Below, piece after piece: positions 9,680 to 19,013 of a stretch of 64,000 nt of DNA. The position numbers were made by a program, and so were the translations under genes. The notes beneath the pieces were generated by a model, which saw nothing but the letters and a program-made list of their open reading frames with translations, was not told the DNA's origin and ran no database searches. Each line of letters opens with the position of its first letter. Positions within the stretch are counted from its first letter, which is position 1. Location of the stretch: positions 320,001 to 384,000 of the forward strand of contig CP147778.1 of assembly GCA_037305845.1 (NCBI GenBank), written 5' to 3'. The stretch is from Candidatus Freyarchaeum deiterrae (GTDB lineage: Archaea; Asgardarchaeota; Jordiarchaeia; Jordiarchaeales; Jordiarchaeaceae).

Positions 9680-11119
9680 GTGATGCACTTGGATTCCGAG
9701 AGATATCGCTACTTTGAGGAATTGTTCCATCCGCAATCTATTGCTATTGTGGGTGCTTCAGAACCTAACGCTTTTTACATTTTGCCCCTACTTGAGTCTA
9801 AATTTTCTGGAAAAGTGTATCTTGTGAATCCTAATCGGACGGAGTTATTCGGGTTAAAATGTTATCCTAGTATTCTGGATATTGATGGTTCAATTGATTA
9901 TGTCATTTCTGCGATTCCAGCCCGTTTTGCTCTGGAATTAATGAAGGAATGTGTGGAAAAAGGGGTTAAAACAGTTCAATACTATACATCCGGTTTTAGT
10001 GAAACTGGAAAGCCAGATGATATAAAGCTGGAAGAGGAGCTGCTAAAAATTGCCAGAGCGGGAGACGTGAGAATAATAGGCCCTAACTGTATGGGGCTGT
10101 ATGTCCCGGAATCGGGAGTATCATTCTTCTATGATTTTCCCAGGGAAAGTGGGCCTGTTGCTCTTGTTGCTCAGTCTGGTGCATTAGCAATCGGAATAAT
10201 CATGCTTGGAAGAGCTAGAGGTATTAGGTTTAGTAAGCTCATCAGTTTTGGTAACGCTGCAGACTTTGACTCTTCGGATTTTATTGAGTACCTTGCTGAG
10301 GATCCGAAAACCGAAATCATTACCGCCTATCTTGAGGGAGTGAAAGACGGGAGAAAATTGTTAAGCGTGTTAAAGGAAGCTAATCTGCGGAAACCGGTAG
10401 TAGTTTTAAAGGGCGGGAGAACAAGTGAGGGGGCTAGGGCGGCTTCGTCGCATACCGGTTCTCTTTCAGGATCCGCCAATATTTGGAACACGGTTTTTAA
10501 ACAGCTAGGTGTAGTTACAGTTAACACGGTTGAAGAGTTGACCGACACTGTATTAGCCTTCACCCAGGTGCCTAAGCCACGCGGTAGAGGAGTTCTAATA
10601 GTTTCTTTTAGCGGAGGCTTCACTGTTGTTCAATCCGATATTTGTACAGAGCTAGGATTGAAAATTCCAGTAATAAGCAGGAAATCGACAGAGGAAATAA
10701 ATAAAATAGTTCACTCCGCAGGGAGCAGCATAAAGAACCCTTTGGACATTCCCTCCGCTTACCTTAGTAATGATATCGTAGCAAAGTCGTTGAGTGTCGC
10801 GGCGTCTGAGGATAGCATTGACATAGTGCTTTTTGATTTCACAGATCGCCTTCGTGTTTTCTTTGAGCGTGCGAGCAACATTGAGGGATATAGCGTCCTC
10901 CTAGAAACTGTAATCAATTCTGCGAAATATGTTCGAGATGTTCTGGGTAAACCCTTTCTAGTAGCACTACCGCCCTCCTATTATGAGGATGAGGGTAGAA
11001 AGTTGAAGGACTTGTTCCAGAGCGAGGGATTCCCCGTCTTTCCTTCTGCGGATAGGGCTGCAAAAGCCGTAAGCAATGTTCTCAACTATTATGATTTTTT
11101 GAAAGGGAAAGCAACGTAG
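9680..11119 (+). CDS. ADP-forming acyl-CoA synthetase alpha subunit (CoA-binding, no ATP-grasp)
   Basis: SIAIVGAS, IIGPNCMG, AQSGA, ASSHTGSL phospho-His. Confidence 0.9.
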   Translation: MMHLDSERYRYFEELFHPQSIAIVGASEPNAFYILPLLESKFSGKVYLVNPNRTELFGLKCYPSILDIDGSIDYVISAIPARFALELMKECVEKGVKTVQYYTSGFSETGKPDDIKLEEELLKIARAGDVRIIGPNCMGLYVPESGVSFFYDFPRESGPVALVAQSGALAIGIIMLGRARGIRFSKLISFGNAADFDSSDFIEYLAEDPKTEIITAYLEGVKDGRKLLSVLKEANLRKPVVVLKGGRTSEGARAASSHTGSLSGSANIWNTVFKQLGVVTVNTVEELTDTVLAFTQVPKPRGRGVLIVSFSGGFTVVQSDICTELGLKIPVISRKSTEEINKIVHSAGSSIKNPLDIPSAYLSNDIVAKSLSVAASEDSIDIVLFDFTDRLRVFFERASNIEGYSVLLETVINSAKYVRDVLGKPFLVALPPSYYEDEGRKLKDLFQSEGFPVFPSADRAAKAVSNVLNYYDFLKGKAT

Positions 11120-11229
11120 AAAATAGTGCTCATTTAAAGGTTTTTTTTCGAAATATGTGGTAAATGTTTATCTATTATCTTTCCCATTAATTTATTCTAG
11201 CGACAGAATTTTTCGGATGGTGGATATTT

Positions 11230-12957
11230 TTGGAGAAGAGAATCAGTTGCATTGAGCCTGCGGATAAAGAGCTTTTTACTGGCAGACCTAGTGAGGTTAA
11301 AGAGTTTCAAGACTTTATTTCTGGAGTAAAGGCGGGTTCCGAAGATAAGAGAATTTGGGTAATTACCGGGATACCCGGCATTGGAAAGTCATCCCTGATG
11401 AAGAGGTTTATTCAGATAACTGAGACAGAGGGCCTAGAGGTACTGGTTAGAAATATTTCCGCCTCTGAGGCTAGAATGTTTTTCGATGGTGTGAAAAAAA
11501 CACTTGATAGTTACGCGCCTGAAGCTCGGAAAAAATTCATGGGCGAAAAGAAATACGTACCGGCTCCACCGCTTTCCAAAGAGATGGGGAGCCAGGAGTT
11601 TGAACAATTTTTTAACCAGTTCTTTGAGGATATGGATAAGGTTCAGCAAAAGCTCAGTAAGATTTTAGTGTTTTTCTGTGACAATTTCGAGCGTTTCGGT
11701 TGGTTGGGCTATGAGGCTGCTTACGATTTGTTCAGAAGAATAGCAGCCAGGCTGGGTGAAATGGGATTTAGCGTTTTCTTTATACTCAGTGTGGATAAAA
11801 AGTTTCTCGACTTGTTGGTGGATGATAAAGCGGAATTGTTTCGCGTAGTAGATTTGGATGTCTTCCCGGTGCAGGACGTACGTTTGTTGATTCAGAAATT
11901 TCAGAATGCGACGGGTATGAGGATTGATGATGCTCTTAAGGAGGAGTTAGCCAAAGCCTCAGGAGGTATCCCCTTTAAACTAGCATTATTTATCTGCGGT
12001 TTACTCAAGGAAACCCGTATGGGCGAGGTTCAACCGAGTGTGGAAATCTTTCGAAGAGTGGATAGCAAGATTCAGGATAACGCTCTGAACGCCTTAACCG
12101 ATCTAACCGTGGAGAAGGAGACTCTTGTAGATAAGATTGTTTCACAGAGGTTTAACTTGATTCCTCTAGAGGAACTTGGCTCAGAGGCGGGAGGGAAATC
12201 AAGCGGAAACGCTCTGAACGCTCTTATCGAAGAGGGAATAATAGAGGTTGATAGCTCCTCGGCTTGGCTTAAATCCGACGCGTTTTATGAAATGTTGAGA
12301 CTTCTTATTAACGTGGATCAGGTCTACGGTCGCGCAAGAGCCGTGCTGAAGGTAATCGGAAGAGTAATAGAAGTTAAGAACAGACCGGATCCCATTTACT
12401 TTGAGTGGCTGAGGGACTCTGCAAATATGCTGATCTCACAGGATAAACCCGCCCTAGCTGTAGAGATAGCCACGAATGCTGAGGTTTATGCAAACTCCGC
12501 GTTGGAAAATAAACTTTACTATGAATCCATGCAACTATTCCGCTTAACTGCTAATATCTACGAGAGGACGGGTGACTCTGAGCGTGCCGGAACTATTCTT
12601 GAGAGAGCCGCTAAACTCTTTGAGACTGAGGATAAGAGTTTCTATTCAAGGTCCCTGCTTTCCCGAGCCTCGGATCTTTTTGATGCTTCCAAGGTGGAGT
12701 GGAAAGCACGCTCCATATCTAGGAGCGCGGCTCTAATCTACGAGGAAACCGGAGACAGTTATGATGAGAGGGGGTTCAAAATGTTGGCAAGGGTTTTCTA
12801 CCGCAAAGCCTTTGAACACTATCTAAGGGCAGGGGATAAGGAGAGGATAGAAAGTTTATATGAAAAGGCTATGAACGCTTTTGGCGAGCAGCCAATTTTT
12901 CTAAAAGAGTTTGAGGAGTTAAAGAAAAAAGAAGGAGTAGTGGTTAAGGAGGAATGA
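11230..12957 (+). CDS. STAND-like P-loop ATPase with C-terminal TPR (alpha-SNAP-like) repeats
   Basis: FTGR, Walker A GIPGIGKS, Walker B FFCDNFE, GxP motif SGGIP; helical repeats such as AGTILERAAKLFE, FYRKAFEHY. Confidence 0.75.
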   Translation: MEKRISCIEPADKELFTGRPSEVKEFQDFISGVKAGSEDKRIWVITGIPGIGKSSLMKRFIQITETEGLEVLVRNISASEARMFFDGVKKTLDSYAPEARKKFMGEKKYVPAPPLSKEMGSQEFEQFFNQFFEDMDKVQQKLSKILVFFCDNFERFGWLGYEAAYDLFRRIAARLGEMGFSVFFILSVDKKFLDLLVDDKAELFRVVDLDVFPVQDVRLLIQKFQNATGMRIDDALKEELAKASGGIPFKLALFICGLLKETRMGEVQPSVEIFRRVDSKIQDNALNALTDLTVEKETLVDKIVSQRFNLIPLEELGSEAGGKSSGNALNALIEEGIIEVDSSSAWLKSDAFYEMLRLLINVDQVYGRARAVLKVIGRVIEVKNRPDPIYFEWLRDSANMLISQDKPALAVEIATNAEVYANSALENKLYYESMQLFRLTANIYERTGDSERAGTILERAAKLFETEDKSFYSRSLLSRASDLFDASKVEWKARSISRSAALIYEETGDSYDERGFKMLARVFYRKAFEHYLRAGDKERIESLYEKAMNAFGEQPIFLKEFEELKKKEGVVVKEE

Positions 12958-12964
12958 AAATTCT

Positions 12965-15277
12965 ATGGAAAAAATTCAGCAGAGAATAGCGGAAAGAAAG
13001 GAATCTCTAGTTGAATCAAACAACGCTGTTAAAGACATTGAGACAAAATTTAATGAAACCTTTTCCGCTTTGACAGAACAAATTGGACCTTCTTCAGAAA
13101 AATTGAAAGCAATTTCTAAGCAGTTTCAAACAAGTGAAGATAATCTGAAAAAAAAGTTCGCAGCCTCAATAAAGGGGGCTCAAAACAATATTGCTAACTG
13201 GATGCAGGAGATAGAAACCAGTCTTAAGGAGGAGATTAACACCCAAACCGGCTCGCTCAACCAGGGAATTGACACCATAACGGAGGAGCTGATATCGAAG
13301 CTAACCCAAATTGATTCGAACATTAACGGAAAGATTGAGGAGTCAAATAGCGGTGTTAGCCAGAAAGTCACGGAAACCCAATCAAGTTTAGACACGGAAT
13401 TAAACTCTTTAATTTCCCATATCGATGAATCCTCAGGAGAATTTCTCTCGAAAGCCGAAGAAAACAGAAAGACGCAGGAGGAGCTGTTATCGAATGTTTC
13501 TGAGGAACTAAAAAACCAGGTTCTCTCCAGCACCCAAAACTTTGGAGAATCAGAAAGCGGTTTTCTAAAAGAAAACTATAACGCTTTTACTTCTCAAATT
13601 ACGGATTTTGGTGCACGGACATCTGAAATTTTAGACGGTTATCAAGGTAATCTTGAATCCATGTTTTCGGATGCAAAAAAAGGCGCGGAATCCATAGTCC
13701 TTAAGATGAAAGAGAAGTTGGAAACGCTAGAGTCTGAGACAATAGGCAATTTGGAAAAGGCGTCCACGGAGTACTTGAACAAGGTTTCTGAGAATCACGA
13801 TTCTCTTAAAGGCGGATTGGATCAGAAATTGGGAGAGGCTACTTCCATTATAGAGGCAGCGAAGGAGGCGCTAAAGGCCGAAGTAAATAACTTAGCGGAG
13901 ACAAAACTAAAAGAAATAGAAGAGATTAGCAACCAAACGAGAGAAAAGCTTGACGAAGTTTCGGGTTTAAAGGAGAGAGATTTCTCGAAGAATGTGGAGG
14001 ATCTGCTTTCCGGCTTCTCTTCACAGCTTGTCGGTCAGCTTGAGAGGCTAGAAGGGAGTATGCAATCTCTGCAGGAGCAGGTAAGCGGAGATCTTTCAAG
14101 TGCTCTGGAACAGATTTCCAAATTGGTGACTTCAATTAACACTAATATCAATGCGATGTTTGTTTCGGAGTTGAAGGAGGTTCAATCCGTTCTTCAAAGT
14201 TATGAGGAGCAATACACGGAGCTGGTAAGTGGTTCTGTAAAATCTTTCTACGATGACGCCTCGGTCTTAAAGTCGGATTTCGATTCGAGATTAATGGAAA
14301 CCAGACAAGAGTTCAGCAAGTCGATGGAGACTTTGGTGGCCAAACTTTCAGAGTCTTTGGAGAATTATGTTGAGAAGAGCAAGACGGTAAAAGAGAGCAT
14401 CACAAATGATGTCTCGAATGTGCTGGATTCCAATAAAGCTTTACTCGAGTCTCAAAACGAGGAATTCAAAAGCAATGCATCCCAAGCTATAAAAAGCGCT
14501 ACTGAATCGTTTGGTGAAATGGGGGAGAGTTCGTCGTCAAGCCTAAGTGTTGGCGCAGACGAGACCATGCAAAAAATTACTGAAGAACTCACAAAGTCAA
14601 AGGACACCATCACTCAAATTATTGAAGAAAATAATGCCAAAACCGGAGAAGCCCAAGCGGCTTTCGAACAGAAACTGCAAGAACTGAACCAAAACCTAGG
14701 AACAAGTGTTGAAAACCTGGTGAAAGAATTCCAAGCTAAATGGGCTGAAGGCATCAGTGAAAACTCGTCAGCCAATACGGGAACTGTTGAAAACTTAAAG
14801 ACCTCATTAAAGGATACTATTTCGAACAGCATAAACAACCTGAAAGAAGAATTAGAGCGAACCAAGACGGTTATGGCTGAAACCACAAGCCAAGAAACCT
14901 CATCCATAAAAGAGCTTGTACAGAAAATGACTGAGACATCGGAGCAAAGCCTCGCCTCTGTTAAAACGAGTGTGAAAGAGAATCTAGATGGTACGGTTTC
15001 GGGTATTTCGACGCGACTTTCAGACCTAGGCACGAATACTGGTAATGAATTATCTGAAGTGGAAGAGGAGACTTTGAAAGAGTTGGGGAGCGGGATAGAT
15101 GAAATACAGGAAACCGTAAAAAATCTTATTAGCAGTTTCTCCGAGATTGACGGCGAAGTTAAAAGAAGTGGCGGGGGTGTCTCTAAAAACATTGCAAATC
15201 TATTGAAAACTTTGGGAGAAGCCTACAAGAGCCTCGAGGCTGCCGAAAAAGAAATCTCAAGTATAGGGGGTAGATAA
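12965..15277 (+). CDS. 770-aa acidic all-helical hendecad coiled-coil protein, function unknown
   Basis: No TM, one Pro; hydrophobic residues spaced 4-4-3; operonic spacing of 7 nt and 1 nt to neighbours. Confidence 0.8.
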   Translation: MEKIQQRIAERKESLVESNNAVKDIETKFNETFSALTEQIGPSSEKLKAISKQFQTSEDNLKKKFAASIKGAQNNIANWMQEIETSLKEEINTQTGSLNQGIDTITEELISKLTQIDSNINGKIEESNSGVSQKVTETQSSLDTELNSLISHIDESSGEFLSKAEENRKTQEELLSNVSEELKNQVLSSTQNFGESESGFLKENYNAFTSQITDFGARTSEILDGYQGNLESMFSDAKKGAESIVLKMKEKLETLESETIGNLEKASTEYLNKVSENHDSLKGGLDQKLGEATSIIEAAKEALKAEVNNLAETKLKEIEEISNQTREKLDEVSGLKERDFSKNVEDLLSGFSSQLVGQLERLEGSMQSLQEQVSGDLSSALEQISKLVTSINTNINAMFVSELKEVQSVLQSYEEQYTELVSGSVKSFYDDASVLKSDFDSRLMETRQEFSKSMETLVAKLSESLENYVEKSKTVKESITNDVSNVLDSNKALLESQNEEFKSNASQAIKSATESFGEMGESSSSSLSVGADETMQKITEELTKSKDTITQIIEENNAKTGEAQAAFEQKLQELNQNLGTSVENLVKEFQAKWAEGISENSSANTGTVENLKTSLKDTISNSINNLKEELERTKTVMAETTSQETSSIKELVQKMTETSEQSLASVKTSVKENLDGTVSGISTRLSDLGTNTGNELSEVEEETLKELGSGIDEIQETVKNLISSFSEIDGEVKRSGGGVSKNIANLLKTLGEAYKSLEAAEKEISSIGGR

Positions 15278-15278
15278 A

Positions 15279-18200
15279 ATGTCTTCATGGGAAGAAACTC
15301 TAAAGGAAATAGGAATAACGGGCGAACAGGCTCAGGTTTACGCTGTCTGTGTTGGGCTGGGAGCGAAAACGGCATCAGAATTGGCTGTTTACACAGGACT
15401 ATCTATTCCAGCTGTTTCAGAGGAACTTGAAAAATTGCAGACAATGGGTGTGATCAAAAAAATACCGGGCAAAATAGATTTCTATATTGCTTTGACACCC
15501 AGGATAGCCCTCACTGGAATGGTTGCTGACACTCTACAAAAAAAACTTGAAAATTTGAAAAGCAACATCATGACGAGTACAAATAACGCGATTGATAGCC
15601 TAAATCAAAGCGTTGCCACACTCAAAAGTAAACTAAATGAAGGCTTGTCAAACTATCTGGGGGAGGTTAAAGAGGGCAGTTCCCAGATAGTAGCTCAGCT
15701 TCTCGGCTCAACCAGCGAATCTGTGGAGAATTTTAAATCCGAAGCGAATCAACAATCCCAGAGCGTTGAGGGGTACCTGCAGCAAATGCTTAACCTTCAT
15801 GAGAAGGACTCCAAGGAAACCATAAAAAATCTAGTTGAAGCGAGTACCGAGTCGGTGAGTACGTTCCGGAGTGACATACAGGAAGTAAAAGACACCTCTG
15901 AGAGTGTGCTGAAAGATTTCATTGAACAGACGCGAATCTCCATAACTGATTTTCAGGAAAAGTTGGAAGCTGCTGTGAATGATGCTGTTAAAACAATAGA
16001 ATCAAGAGCCGAGGATGTGTCGGGTAGAGCGATTTCTGAAGTTACTTCGCTTTTCTCGGATCTCGACTACGCTTTTGACCAGTCGGTAAAAGAAATTAAT
16101 GAGATTGACCTGCAGCCACTGGCAACCATTAATGAGAATGCCATAGAGATTTCCAAGACTGCCATATCGGGCATGTCGGAACTCATGGATGAATTGGGAC
16201 CTCTAACCGAGACTCAAATCACAAATATTCAGAGTATGAAAGAAGCATTTTTGAAGGACTTTAATAAAACTCTTGAAGCTAATCGAAAAAAACTAGTCGG
16301 TTTTATGGACGAGATTGAGGGAGCTCTTGATACTCAAACTATAAAGATTAGAGATTTAATACTTGAAAATCTCACGCGTTTACAAACAGAGACCTCCCAA
16401 GTAATGGAGAGGTACACGGAAAAAATAACTGAAGTTGGTGAAACCTCAAAAAACGCGATTGAGCAGGTGAAGATAAACCTAAGCATCCAGGAAGAATTAA
16501 ACACGCAGGAAAACCAGTTGAAAACATCTTTGGAGGAAGAGGTTCAAAAAGCGGAAAGCGAACTGAAAACGAAACTAGCAGAAATAGATGAGGAAAGCAA
16601 CTCCCTAAAGCAGAGAATAGGGAGCATAAAAGATAAAGCTATTCAAGATTCTAGAAACAGCTTGGGGTCACTTCTTAAAAAAATAAACAAAGCGATGAAG
16701 AAACATTTAGATGACTTTGTATCCAGCTTCAATTCCGAATCTTTAACTCTTAAAAGAAATCTATCCGCTAATTTTAACGACAGCGTCGCCGTCCAAAAAA
16801 GCAAAATGACCAGTTTTGAAGAAACCTTCACAACAGCGCTAAACAAGATGCTAGACATTATTCAGTTCATTGAAGACAAGTCCGGCGATAAGAAAAAACT
16901 TTCACTGGGAAAAGAGGAAACAGAAGAACTCCTAAACAAAGTTACCTCCAGCAAAAATGAAATCACGGAATTGAAAAAGGAACTGAGAAACTCTGTAAAT
17001 GACCTTAATGAAAACATCAATAAGGTGTCCACAATCATTCTCGACGCACTCGACAAAAGCTTAACATACATCGGTGAATCCTTCGCAAAAAAAACCGAAA
17101 AACTCGTCCAATCAATACAGGAAGAAGATACCAAATCAAAGGAAATCGCCAGTAAAGTAAAAGAGAGCCCCGTTAAAACAAAAGAAAGTGCTGTTAAGGG
17201 CACCGGAGACATAGGAGAAAGTGCGATAGTCTCCGAAATAACAAGCTTCAAGACCATAAATGAAAAAAGCTTGATTACGTTCCACTCGGAGGTTGAGACA
17301 CAAATCGATAAGCAACTCCCCGAGATGGAGAAGATTATAACCGACGCCGTCGGCCAAGTTACAAGCACCAAGGACAGTTGCTTAACAGTATTCGGGTCTA
17401 TTAAAAGCGGAATCGTTGAACAAATAGACAAATCCTCAGAAATTTTAGAAAGTTCCAGGAGCTTGCTTGAAGAAAGTTTAGAAAGCATCAAACAAACACT
17501 GGAAAACACGAGCACAGATACACAGAACATTGTCACTCCGATAAAGGAGAGTGTCAGCAGCCAGACTTTACAACAGTTCGCCGAGGAAAAAACTTCGCTT
17601 GAGGAAAACCTGGAATCGGAAATAAAAGAATCTTATAACGATACTAGACAGAGACTGGAAGACTTTCAATCCAGCGTGAAAGAGAACCTAAACGGCTACT
17701 TAGATAAAGCCAACAAATTAAGAGCAACAGCAGATAAAAACGTGTACTCAAACATTAATAAAGAATTCAAAGATTTAACAAAACAACTCGAGGAACAAAA
17801 AGAAAAACTAGAGGAGACTCTAACCAAAAGCAAAGATGAGATAGAAGAAAAACACAGCAAAGTGCAAAAGGGAGCGGAAGAGGTAACTTCAACCCTTGGG
17901 CGAGACCTACCCAGCTATGTGGAGAAAATAAAATACGACCTACTTTCCACCATGGATAGGCATAGCAGGGAGAGCAGAGACTCTGCGGAAGTCAAACTGG
18001 ACAGCCTTGCCGCTATCACAGACAAGCCCTTCTCAAACATAGAAAGCAAACTCCTAGACTTCGATAGAAAATTGGGCTTGTTATTCGAAAAACGCCACTC
18101 CGAACTCAAATCCAAAACCTACGAAGCCCTCGAAAGCCTAAAAGACAGCCACAATGCATTCGAAGAAAGCTTGAACAGCCTATACTCAAGCATGGAACAG

Positions 18201-18809
18201 ACGCTAAACCAAAAAGTAGAAGAAACAGTCTCAAAGCATCAAGAAGACACCAGCAATACCATAAACACCACCACCACAAGTATTGAGGAAAATGAGACGG
18301 GTTCAATTCAGGCTCTAAACACGTTCACGGGGGAAATCCCGGAGAGAATAGGTGATGCCATAACCAGTACTCAGGACACTCTAAAACTCATAACCCAAAT
18401 AATGAAACTATCCGAAGAAATAGAACCCAAACCCTTCGAAGACACCGAGAGAGTGGTCGGAAGAGAACAAATACTAAACCTGCTAAAAACATTTATTAAA
18501 AACACAAAGAGCACCATAACCATCCTCACCCCTACCGTAGATGACATACCCATAGATGATCTGAAACAGATACCAAGGCAGAGAGTAACAGTAATCACGG
18601 ACGCCGAGGGAAAAGCCCCACCGATGCCTGGCCACGTCCAGCTCAAACACAACCCTGGAAACGTATACGCCTTCAACCGGGACAGTGAAGAAATGATACT
18701 AGCAGTAGCCACACCGGAACCACTGGGAATATACACCATAAACATGGAGCTAATCAAACTACTAAACCAGATATTACAAGATGTGTCCGCAAGAGCTAAA
18801 AAAATATAG
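15279..18809 (+). CDS. TrmB-like wHTH protein with very long coiled-coil insert and C-terminal TrmB/PLD-like domain
   Basis: N-term LKEIGITGEQAQVY...TASELAVYTGLS...LQTMGVI; C-term VVGREQILNLL..IKNTKSTITILTP...RDSEEMIL. Confidence 0.75.
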   Translation: MSSWEETLKEIGITGEQAQVYAVCVGLGAKTASELAVYTGLSIPAVSEELEKLQTMGVIKKIPGKIDFYIALTPRIALTGMVADTLQKKLENLKSNIMTSTNNAIDSLNQSVATLKSKLNEGLSNYLGEVKEGSSQIVAQLLGSTSESVENFKSEANQQSQSVEGYLQQMLNLHEKDSKETIKNLVEASTESVSTFRSDIQEVKDTSESVLKDFIEQTRISITDFQEKLEAAVNDAVKTIESRAEDVSGRAISEVTSLFSDLDYAFDQSVKEINEIDLQPLATINENAIEISKTAISGMSELMDELGPLTETQITNIQSMKEAFLKDFNKTLEANRKKLVGFMDEIEGALDTQTIKIRDLILENLTRLQTETSQVMERYTEKITEVGETSKNAIEQVKINLSIQEELNTQENQLKTSLEEEVQKAESELKTKLAEIDEESNSLKQRIGSIKDKAIQDSRNSLGSLLKKINKAMKKHLDDFVSSFNSESLTLKRNLSANFNDSVAVQKSKMTSFEETFTTALNKMLDIIQFIEDKSGDKKKLSLGKEETEELLNKVTSSKNEITELKKELRNSVNDLNENINKVSTIILDALDKSLTYIGESFAKKTEKLVQSIQEEDTKSKEIASKVKESPVKTKESAVKGTGDIGESAIVSEITSFKTINEKSLITFHSEVETQIDKQLPEMEKIITDAVGQVTSTKDSCLTVFGSIKSGIVEQIDKSSEILESSRSLLEESLESIKQTLENTSTDTQNIVTPIKESVSSQTLQQFAEEKTSLEENLESEIKESYNDTRQRLEDFQSSVKENLNGYLDKANKLRATADKNVYSNINKEFKDLTKQLEEQKEKLEETLTKSKDEIEEKHSKVQKGAEEVTSTLGRDLPSYVEKIKYDLLSTMDRHSRESRDSAEVKLDSLAAITDKPFSNIESKLLDFDRKLGLLFEKRHSELKSKTYEALESLKDSHNAFEESLNSLYSSMEQTLNQKVEETVSKHQEDTSNTINTTTTSIEENETGSIQALNTFTGEIPERIGDAITSTQDTLKLITQIMKLSEEIEPKPFEDTERVVGREQILNLLKTFIKNTKSTITILTPTVDDIPIDDLKQIPRQRVTVITDAEGKAPPMPGHVQLKHNPGNVYAFNRDSEEMILAVATPEPLGIYTINMELIKLLNQILQDVSARAKKI

Positions 18810-19013
18810 ACATAACATTTCAATTTTAACTTTTTTTCATTATACCCATTAGCTTGAATTTTTCTGCTAAAGCTAAGCTCATGAAATTAAAAGAAATAAC
18901 TCAAATTTTAGAGAGACTGCCTTTTTTTATTGCTTTTGTTTTTTTTAATTAACCATAAAGAATTAAAGGGTGCATGTCGCAGTTCCATTCTCTAGTTATA
19001 GAATATTTTCAAA

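Noticed and set aside
12965-18809. SMC/Rad50, Wadjet or phage tape-measure interpretation of the coiled-coil genes
   Set aside because: No ABC ATPase head, signature motif, kleisin or phage structural genes; periodicity is hendecad
13180-18823. Long antisense ORFs (e.g. 14614-15192, 16862-17536)
   Set aside because: Ser/Phe/Leu-rich mirror of Glu/Lys-rich sense codons; no independent coding signal
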